DNA of 64,000 nucleotides, from assembly GCA_033581555.1 (NCBI GenBank), contig JAVQSZ010000002.1, positions 141,778 to 205,777 of the forward strand. The letters are read 5' to 3'. Position numbers and translations under genes: made by a program. The notes below the pieces were generated by a model. The model was not told the DNA's origin. It saw only the letters and a list, made by a program, of their open reading frames with translations, and made no database searches. Positions within the stretch are counted from its first letter, which is position 1. The number at the start of each line of letters is the position of its first letter. This document shows, piece after piece, positions 57,261 through 64,000 of the stretch. The stretch comes from Nitrososphaerota archaeon. Lineage in GTDB: Archaea > Thermoproteota > Nitrososphaeria_A > Caldarchaeales > Calditenuaceae.

Positions 57261-57632
57261 TCACCCGATCATGTGCGCGATGATTATGGTCCGCGTGCCG
57301 TACACCATCAGGAAGACGCCGAGCGCGAAGAGGACGTACTTCGAGGCGGTCCTTACGACCGGAACCGGGAAGAGCTCCGTGATGATGACCCTGAGTCCGT
57401 TGAGGGCGTGGATCGTCGTGAAGAGCAGTAAGAACCAGAGCGACGTCGCGAGCAGCGCGTTCCTGTAGACCTCGAGTACAGCGAACTGGTGCCCCTCGAA
57501 GAGCATCGTCGTCTCCCAGATCGTCTCCCCGAGAGGCTTCGTGAAGAAGACCGTGAAGAGGTGGACCGCCCCGAAGACCAGGATGCCGATCCCCGAGACG
57601 TAGTGCACCAGCATCACGTTGCGCTCTCTCAT
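57261..57632 (-). CDS. sdhD: Succinate dehydrogenase hydrophobic anchor subunit
   Basis: Three TM helices, HY.SG...VH, HALNGLR; operon position. Confidence 0.8.
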   Translation of the reverse strand: MRERNVMLVHYVSGIGILVFGAVHLFTVFFTKPLGETIWETTMLFEGHQFAVLEVYRNALLATSLWFLLLFTTIHALNGLRVIITELFPVPVVRTASKYVLFALGVFLMVYGTRTIIIAHMIG

Positions 57633-58120
57633 CCGCTGAGCACCCCGAACAGGGCGTCGACGGAGTAGACGGCCGCGAAGGTCGCGAGGGCTATCGATGC
57701 CCAGAAGATCGCCCTCTGGAGGTTGCTGAAGGACCTCGGCGGGCTCTCGGGGTCGACCCTCGCGGGCTTGCCCAGTGTGATCCCGAAGTGGGCCAACGTG
57801 AGCCTGATGCCGTTGATCGTGTGGAAGGCGACCATCCAGCCTATGACCACTAGGCCAGCATCGAAGACGGGGTTATGGAGCAGCTCCTTCACGTGCTGGT
57901 AGTAGGCGGCCGCGAAGTCCTTCGGGGGCACGTACCAGACGTTTGGTCCGCCGATGAAGTTCCCAGTCTCCACGACGTGAAGGACGAAGTAGAGCGTCAC
58001 GACTACCCCCGTGACCCGCTGAAGCGTGTAGCTCCACCGCTCCACGGTGTAACCGACCGGCACGAGCATAGTCTTCAGTACCAGCGGGTAGGACCTCGCC
58101 TGGGACCTGACGGTCCTCAT
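57629..58120 (-). CDS. sdhC: Succinate dehydrogenase cytochrome b subunit
   Basis: QRVTG...LH, FHTINGIR; operon position. Confidence 0.82.
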   Translation of the reverse strand: MRTVRSQARSYPLVLKTMLVPVGYTVERWSYTLQRVTGVVVTLYFVLHVVETGNFIGGPNVWYVPPKDFAAAYYQHVKELLHNPVFDAGLVVIGWMVAFHTINGIRLTLAHFGITLGKPARVDPESPPRSFSNLQRAIFWASIALATFAAVYSVDALFGVLSG

Positions 58121-58249
58121 CGACCTTACTTGTTATTAACATGCCTAATAGCTGTATTTCGGCGTCTCCGTGATGAACGTATGACGATTTGGGACAGCGA
58201 GCCGCGGCGAATTTGGTTTAAAGCTGAGGGCCTGTAGTGCGGGTTGAGG

Positions 58250-59119
58250 ATGGAACTGAGGAGGGTTAGGGAGGTCGTTCAGGGAGGGCAGAAGGTATAC
58301 CAGTACGATCTGGTGATCACCGAGATTATCGATGAGACCGAGCTCGCCAAGACCTACTTCTTCAAGAACGTCAGCGATATGCCGATCTTCGACTACCACC
58401 CGGGTCAGGACGTGAAGCTGTACTTCGACACGCCACTGAAGAGAGGCGACTTCAGGTTCTACTCGATAGCGGGATCGCCGACCAGGACCCGCGACGGTAC
58501 CTTCGAGCTGATGATAAAGAGCGAGGGCGGGACCTTCGCGCCGTACTTCCATCAGCTCGCGAGGCCCGGCGACATCGTCACGATCGAGGGCCCTTACGGC
58601 CGGTTCATGAAGAAGGCCCTTCAGATGATCGAGGAGGGAAGGCTCAAGACCCTGGTCTTCTTAGGCGCCTCGAGCGGGATAGTCCCGTTCAAGTGCTTCG
58701 TCGACTACTCGACCGACAAGGGACTTGAGGTCGACGTGTACATCTTCTACGTTAACCGGACGCGGAGGGACTTCATTTACAAGAGGACGATCCCGAGACT
58801 GCTGGACGAATTCCCGAGGCTCCGGTTGGTGGTCAACTTCACGAGAGAGCACGACGTCTCCCGGCAGGAGATAATCGACGAGCTCTTCCTTGGCGACGAC
58901 AGGGGCGGGAGGGTCGACGCGATACTGGGCCGGCACGTCATGTTCGACGACATAAGGGACAGGGTCGCTGGATGGGACTCGGCCTATTACGGCATCTGCG
59001 GGGGCGCGAAGTTCATCGCCGGCGATAAGGAGAGGGGCACCGACGGGATGATCCAGAAGCTCGAGAAGGGAGGGGTGACGAGGTCTATGATTGAGATAGA
59101 CTCGTTCGGCACCGGCTGA
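58250..59119 (+). CDS. FAD-binding ferredoxin-NADP reductase-family oxidoreductase
   Basis: PGQ, RFYSIA, GGTF, GPYGRF, ASSGIVPF, ICG. Confidence 0.85.
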   Translation: MELRRVREVVQGGQKVYQYDLVITEIIDETELAKTYFFKNVSDMPIFDYHPGQDVKLYFDTPLKRGDFRFYSIAGSPTRTRDGTFELMIKSEGGTFAPYFHQLARPGDIVTIEGPYGRFMKKALQMIEEGRLKTLVFLGASSGIVPFKCFVDYSTDKGLEVDVYIFYVNRTRRDFIYKRTIPRLLDEFPRLRLVVNFTREHDVSRQEIIDELFLGDDRGGRVDAILGRHVMFDDIRDRVAGWDSAYYGICGGAKFIAGDKERGTDGMIQKLEKGGVTRSMIEIDSFGTG

Positions 59120-59123
59120 GACC

Positions 59124-60116
59124 TCACTTGGGGAACGGGGCTGCGATGTCCGCGATGTCCACTTGATCGTCGCAGATCCTCAGCAACTCAGAAAACATGA
59201 GCTGGTGCGTCCTAGAAGGGGCTACTTCACCCACCGCCTGAACCTCTGAGATTCGCTGCCGGACATCGGAGACCTCAGCGATAATGGAGTTGGCTAGGTC
59301 GGAGTCGTTCTTCAGGAACGCCTCGAACGCTCCCTTCTGGGTCTTGACCAACGGGCTCGCGGCCTCGTACAGCCGAATCAGTGGCCAGCTGCCAGGATCC
59401 GGCGGAATAGGGTTGGACTTGATGACCTCGGCTATCTTGACCACCCGGTCTCCGACGTCCTCGATGAACTTCGCGACGACCCTCATGTCCAGCAACCTGA
59501 TCGGAGACAGGTCTCGCCCTCGCGGAGACGAGGCACCTAATGCATAGCTTCTGACTACTCTGACGAAGGTGAAGTAATGCCTGTCGACCTCCTCGTCCAT
59601 CATGATGACGTTGAACGCCTCGTCGGGGTCCCACCTCCTGACAGCCTCGAGGACCATTGAGAGGTTGCTGACGACCAGCGCGTTCTCTCTCGTCAGGACC
59701 TTCTCGGGCTCTATGAGGCCGGCGTCCAGCAGCACCTGCACCTCGATGACGTCGTGCCCTTCCGATATCACCTCGGCCCCGGTGAGTGACCTCACGGTCC
59801 GCTTCACGACCTCCCTGTATGAGCTCGCGATGCCCTCCGAGGACTTCACGACGATCCTATCGTACCCCGCGAGGTAGGCGGCTATGAGGTCCCTCTGAAG
59901 CAGGGGTCCGACGGGAATCGTGACCGACTCGGCTATGTCCCTCTCCCCCCTCTTGGCCCTCTCGGGCCTCAGGAGCAGGCCTCCGTCGTCGCGGACCTCG
60001 ATCAGCAGCGCGTCCCCCTTCCGCAGGTTGTTGGTCTTCACCCAGTCCTTGGGGAGGACCACGCTGTAGGACCGGCCTCCGGTGAGGGTGAGGGACCTTT
60101 TGAAGACCCTTCGCAT
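59124..60116 (-). CDS. AbrB-domain / PhoU phosphate uptake regulator
   Basis: TGGRSYSVVLPKDWV..NL.KGD, AYLAGYD, DEEVDR, EDVGD. Confidence 0.88.
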   Translation of the reverse strand: MRRVFKRSLTLTGGRSYSVVLPKDWVKTNNLRKGDALLIEVRDDGGLLLRPERAKRGERDIAESVTIPVGPLLQRDLIAAYLAGYDRIVVKSSEGIASSYREVVKRTVRSLTGAEVISEGHDVIEVQVLLDAGLIEPEKVLTRENALVVSNLSMVLEAVRRWDPDEAFNVIMMDEEVDRHYFTFVRVVRSYALGASSPRGRDLSPIRLLDMRVVAKFIEDVGDRVVKIAEVIKSNPIPPDPGSWPLIRLYEAASPLVKTQKGAFEAFLKNDSDLANSIIAEVSDVRQRISEVQAVGEVAPSRTHQLMFSELLRICDDQVDIADIAAPFPK

Positions 60117-60231
60117 CCACTCTAAGGCTTCGCGATTAAATAATATCTGTTAACCCGACACATATGCTGAGCCATGTGAAAGTCGGGCATCGTGGCTGCA
60201 GTGGACTTAAAATGTTGTTTGCACGGGAGGA

Positions 60232-60957
60232 GTGATGTTCGGGGAGAAGGCCGTAGACGTCCGGACGAGGCTCGCGGCGATAGAGGCTCTCTTCGTTGTG
60301 AAGAGGTGGCTGGGCCAGAAGAGGGTAGCGGAGGCCCTCGACATATCGCCCTCGGTGCTGAGCAGGTATTCGAACGGCCGCTCGCTCCCCAGCAGGCAAC
60401 GGGCGGAGGCTATCCTGGCGTACGTGATGGAACAGGTCCTTCCCGAGCTGATCGGGTCGGTCGTCAAGAGGACCGGGGAGGGGCTCTACGACCTCTCGGT
60501 GGCTATGAGGGACCCGAACCTTCTGAGGCTGATCGCGTTGACCGCCTGTGCCGCGTTCAGGGCCCACAGGCCGACGAAGGTCCTTACGGTCGCGACCGAC
60601 GGCATACCTTACGCTACGGCAGTCGCGTCGGAGCTTGGCGCGGAGCTCGTCGTCGCTAAGGACTGGAAGGATCCCGTCTACGACGAGTTCGTGGAGGAGA
60701 GGGTGGTCAGGTCCCCTCCCGTCGTCGAGTACCTCTACATCCCCAGGAGGGCCCTGAGGAGGAACGACAACGTCCTCATCGTCGACGACGTGATAAGGTC
60801 GGGGAGGACCGTCGCCGCCCTCCACAGGATGGCCGTCAGGTCCGGCGCGAACCCCATAGGCGTCTTCGCGCTGGCCTCGATCGCCGACTCCGCTCAGAGG
60901 TTGGGCTCGGAGCACGGGGTCAAGTGCCAGGTGAAGGTCATCGTCAACCTAAGTTAG
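60232..60957 (+). CDS. HTH + phosphoribosyltransferase domain regulator
   Basis: SPSVLSRY..GRSLP HTH; T.ATDGIP, VLIVDDVIRSGRT. Confidence 0.85.
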   Translation: MMFGEKAVDVRTRLAAIEALFVVKRWLGQKRVAEALDISPSVLSRYSNGRSLPSRQRAEAILAYVMEQVLPELIGSVVKRTGEGLYDLSVAMRDPNLLRLIALTACAAFRAHRPTKVLTVATDGIPYATAVASELGAELVVAKDWKDPVYDEFVEERVVRSPPVVEYLYIPRRALRRNDNVLIVDDVIRSGRTVAALHRMAVRSGANPIGVFALASIADSAQRLGSEHGVKCQVKVIVNLS

Positions 60958-61360
60958 TCTCCTCCCGCACGAGTATTCGGTGAAGGGCCCTCAGGCAATC
61001 CCTCTCCGTGACGATCCCCACGAGCCTCCCTCCCTCCACCACCGGAACCCTCCTTATCCGCTTCTCGACCATCAACCTGACGACCTCGGCGAGAGGGTCA
61101 TCGGGAGAGCAGGTGTTGAGAGGCTTCGACATCAGGTCGCCCGCCCTCATCGTCAGCAGGTCGAGCACGCTCAGCCCCTTGTTGGTCAGCGCCCTCACGA
61201 CGTCGCTCTCGGTGATTATACCGAGCGGCGTCAGCCCGTCGGCGACCACGACAGCGCCTATGCCCTTAGATGCCATCAGCTCGAGCGCCTGCCAGACGGT
61301 GTCCTCAGGCCTGATCGTCACAACAGGGCCCTTCATCACGTCCCTGACCAGCAACGTCAT
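60944..61360 (-). CDS. CBS-pair domain protein
   Basis: VRDVM..VVTI, GIITESD, M....IRRVPVV, GIVTERD. Confidence 0.9.
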   Translation of the reverse strand: MTLLVRDVMKGPVVTIRPEDTVWQALELMASKGIGAVVVADGLTPLGIITESDVVRALTNKGLSVLDLLTMRAGDLMSKPLNTCSPDDPLAEVVRLMVEKRIRRVPVVEGGRLVGIVTERDCLRALHRILVREETNLG

Positions 61361-61429
61361 TCCATCGGCGTTTCAGCTCCCCCGAAATAAAACGTTACTT
61401 AATCTAGCGCGTGGGGGGCGTCACGGCGG

Positions 61430-62287
61430 ATGAGGAGGACCCTCGCCGTGGGAATCGCCCAGTTCCGAGTCGGGGAGAGCGTACCGGAGAACGTTAAAGC
61501 CGCGATCGACGCCGTCCGCGAGGCCAGCGCCTCGGGCGCCGACATACTCTGCCTCCCGGAGCTGTTTGCATACAGGTACTTCCCTCAACGCAGGGACACC
61601 CCCATGACAGTCATCAAAGACCACGCGCGGCTCTTCGGTTCGATCGTGGAGGAGTTGCGGTCCGCATGCAAGACCTATCAGATCTGCCTCGTAGCGGGAT
61701 CACTCGTGGAAGAAGAAGGCGGAAAATATTACAATACATCTGTCGTAATAGACGAAAACGGTAACGTCGTCGGTAGGTATCGGAAGACGCACATACCTCG
61801 CGACGAGTGCTATTACGAGGACCTTTACTTTACTCCAGGAGACTCGGAGCTGAGACCGTTCCAGGTGCGCGGTGCCGGGATAGGTGTCCTGATATGCTTC
61901 GACCAGTGGTTCCCAGAGCCCGCGAGAGCCTATGCCCTAAACGGCGCCGATGTGATCTTCTATCCGACCGCAATAGGGTGGGTCAGTGGGGTAACCCAGA
62001 CCGAGGGCGACTGGAAGGAGGCATGGGAGGTGGTCCAGAGGGGGCATGCGGTAGCCAACAGCGTCGCCGTCGTCGCGGCGAACAGGACAGGAGTCGAGGG
62101 GCGGATCGAGTTCTGGGGCTCGTCCTTCATCGCGGACCAGTTCGGGTCAGTCATAGCTAAGATGGGCGTCGAGGAGGAGGGCGTGCTGGTGAGACGGGTC
62201 GACCTAGAGCTCGGCGCGAGGATCAGGGAAGGGTGGGGGTTCTTTAGCTGTAGGAGGCCCGAGCTTTACGCGAGGGTGATCGCGTGA
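61430..62287 (+). CDS. aguB: N-carbamoylputrescine amidohydrolase
   Basis: LPELF..YF, YRKTHIP..CYYE..YFTPGD, CFDQWFPE, YPTAIG, QRGHAVAN, FWGSSF, RRPELY; overlaps aguA. Confidence 0.85.
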   Translation: MRRTLAVGIAQFRVGESVPENVKAAIDAVREASASGADILCLPELFAYRYFPQRRDTPMTVIKDHARLFGSIVEELRSACKTYQICLVAGSLVEEEGGKYYNTSVVIDENGNVVGRYRKTHIPRDECYYEDLYFTPGDSELRPFQVRGAGIGVLICFDQWFPEPARAYALNGADVIFYPTAIGWVSGVTQTEGDWKEAWEVVQRGHAVANSVAVVAANRTGVEGRIEFWGSSFIADQFGSVIAKMGVEEEGVLVRRVDLELGARIREGWGFFSCRRPELYARVIA

Positions 62288-63336
62288 ACGGCCTCAGGTC
62301 GCTCCAGCTGTACCCTGCGAAGCTGGGGCTCAGGAGACCTTCAGAGACGGTCCGGCACGAGGCGACCTGGCTCGTCTGGCCCGACAACGAAGGGACCTTC
62401 CCGGAGCCGATAATGGAGAGAGTGAAGGAGATTTACGTCAAGCTGATCGACGCGATAAGGTCCTCCGAGAAGGTCAAGCTGGTCGTGGGCGACGCGCAGG
62501 CGATGAGGGACGCGGAGCTCACCCTCAGCAGGTCGATCGGGCTGGACGGCATCCAACTCGTTAAGATACCCGCACAAGACGTTTGGATCCGGGACTACGG
62601 TCCCATGTTCCTCACGGGCCGAAGGGGTCTGGGAGGCGTCAAGTTCGCGTTCAACGCTTGGGGAGGGCTTTACCCGGAGCTTATGGCGGACGACCTCACC
62701 GGTCTTCGGGTCCTCGAGATGGTCGCGGATATCTGCTTCCTCTCCAACTACGTGATTGAGGGAGGGATGGTCGAGATCGGACCGAACGGCGAGGCGATAG
62801 CCACGAAGGAGTGCGTCCTCGACGTGAAGAGGAACGGGAGGACCACCAGGAGGGCGATGGAGTCGGCCCTGAGGAACTACCTCGGCGTGAACCGTGTCTT
62901 CTGGCTCAGCAAGGGCATCGTCGGGGATGACACCCGAGGCCACGTTGACACCTTCGTCAGGTTCGGCGAGGGCGGCGTGGTGCTCATCGGAGAGGATCAG
63001 TCCGGCGGTCCGAACGCCGAGAGGCTCAAGGCCTCGCGTAGAGAGCTAGAGGAGCAGCTGAGGGCGTCAGGGTCCAGTCTAGAGGTCGTGGGGGTGCCCA
63101 TGCCCTCGGAGGTGAGGGTGCTGGGAGAGCCCGTCCCAGCTACTTACTTGAACTTCTACGTCACCAACGGGAGCGTGATAGTCCCGGTCTTCGGCAAGGA
63201 GACCGACGACGCATCGGCCTCAGCCATCGCGGAGGCTTTCCGCGGAAGGAAGCTCATTACCATCAGGGCTGACGAGCTGTTCTACGGGCTCGGGGGCTTC
63301 CATTGCGTGACCCTCGATGAGCCCTCGAGGCCGTGA
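62284..63336 (+). CDS. aguA: Agmatine deiminase
   Basis: W.RDYGP, FNAWG, EGG, DDT.GHVD, ATYLNFY, GLGGFHCVT. Confidence 0.88.
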   Translation: MNGLRSLQLYPAKLGLRRPSETVRHEATWLVWPDNEGTFPEPIMERVKEIYVKLIDAIRSSEKVKLVVGDAQAMRDAELTLSRSIGLDGIQLVKIPAQDVWIRDYGPMFLTGRRGLGGVKFAFNAWGGLYPELMADDLTGLRVLEMVADICFLSNYVIEGGMVEIGPNGEAIATKECVLDVKRNGRTTRRAMESALRNYLGVNRVFWLSKGIVGDDTRGHVDTFVRFGEGGVVLIGEDQSGGPNAERLKASRRELEEQLRASGSSLEVVGVPMPSEVRVLGEPVPATYLNFYVTNGSVIVPVFGKETDDASASAIAEAFRGRKLITIRADELFYGLGGFHCVTLDEPSRP

Positions 63337-63349
63337 CTTTCTTCCGCAC

Positions 63350-64000
63350 TCAGTGGCGGTGCTCGTGGCCGCGCCGGTGCTCCAGCGCATGGAAGACGTA
63401 CTCCAGGAAGTAATGCTCCGGGAGCGCTCCCTCGAACGCCACCTCGTCGTTTATCACGACCTTGGGGACCGCCATGACGCCGTACCTGTTCGCGAGGTGC
63501 GGGAACTCTAGGGACTCGATCATGTCAGCGACGACGTGTTCGTTCTCGATCGCCATCTGGTGCGCGACCCTCACCGCCTTCGGGCAATAGGGGCAGGTGG
63601 GCGTGACGAAGACCTGAATGTGGACCGGCTCCTTGATCTCAGAGAGTCTCTGCTTGGTCGTCTGGGAGAGCCTTGATGTGCCCCTAGAGACGTCGACGAT
63701 GTCCTCGAGGAGCGCGGCGAACTCGTATCCTGTCGGCATCCCGAAGTACCTCACACCGTACTCCCTCTTGCCGAAGACCAGCAAAGCAGGTATCTTGTCG
63801 ACGCCCCACCTCCTCAGCCTCTCGGCGTCCTCCTCGAGGTCGTAGACTTCCAACTTAATTTGGTTCGAGAGCTCCGCGAGCTCCTCCGCGATGCTCCTCG
63901 TGACCTCGCAGCCCTCGCACTCGAACCTCTGGGTCGCCACCACGAGCCTTACCTCTCCCGCGAGCTCCTTCTCGAATAGCGACTTCACGTACTTCCTCTC
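63350..64000 (-). CDS. Protein disulfide oxidoreductase (double thioredoxin fold); start probably at or beyond the window edge
   Basis: CEGC and CPYC motifs, G.P.GYEF, VMAVP, FEGALPE; His-rich tail HRRGHEHRH. Confidence 0.88.
   Translation of the reverse strand, partial: ERKYVKSLFEKELAGEVRLVVATQRFECEGCEVTRSIAEELAELSNQIKLEVYDLEEDAERLRRWGVDKIPALLVFGKREYGVRYFGMPTGYEFAALLEDIVDVSRGTSRLSQTTKQRLSEIKEPVHIQVFVTPTCPYCPKAVRVAHQMAIENEHVVADMIESLEFPHLANRYGVMAVPKVVINDEVAFEGALPEHYFLEYVFHALEHRRGHEHRH

Noticed and set aside
58165-58230. Perfect C box GTGATGA and downstream CTGA between sdhC and the FNR gene
   Set aside because: No credible D'/C' boxes, and the would-be guide is the AT-rich TATA region of the FNR gene.
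739-63845. Many long antisense or alternate-frame ORFs in the track (e.g. 1406-2383, 12089-13003, 19380-20411, 35726-36829, 41842-42921)
   Set aside because: Shadow ORFs expected at high GC; they overlap well-supported genes and show no family motifs.
1-64000. CRISPR arrays, IS elements, integrases, tRNA/rRNA genes, inteins
   Set aside because: None recognised by eye; split or intron-containing tRNAs cannot be fully excluded without tRNAscan-SE.

Overview
GC-rich, gene-dense archaeal chromosomal segment. Crenarchaeal-type PolB1, aRF1 with Zn-ribbon, PriS, archaeal GHMP shikimate kinase, AroA'/AroB', paired PurP, aIF2-beta and an archaeal 7S SRP RNA point to a TACK lineage, plausibly a thermophilic Aigarchaeota/Caldarchaeales-like organism (inference). 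Content is mostly housekeeping: translation, replication, pyrimidine/purine/aromatic/polyamine biosynthesis, succinate dehydrogenase and beta-oxidation. I saw no IS, CRISPR array, rRNA or tRNA. The strongest novel signal is a 21-codon ORF missed by the ORF track (42973-43038, minus strand, MVLSSVNAFWFTTYPYFYFGN, 8 Phe/Trp/Tyr codons in 11). It lies directly upstream of the complete asd-aroA'-aroB'-aroD-aroE-aroA-aroC operon. Its control codons are complementary to the asd Shine-Dalgarno region and to the leader's own SD, which suggests ribosome-mediated (translational) attenuation in an archaeon. The second signal is an orphan SegB-like gene beside a ~400-bp AT-rich region carrying repeated palindromes and a 14-bp direct repeat (candidate centromere-like site or replication origin). 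Further leads are an in-frame uORF before aRF1, a probable GTA start codon, a GT-C/glycoside-hydrolase-like fusion, a PyrF-PyrE fusion, a standalone PqqD/RRE and an AguAB polyamine route. All family calls come from motif recognition by eye; no database search was run.
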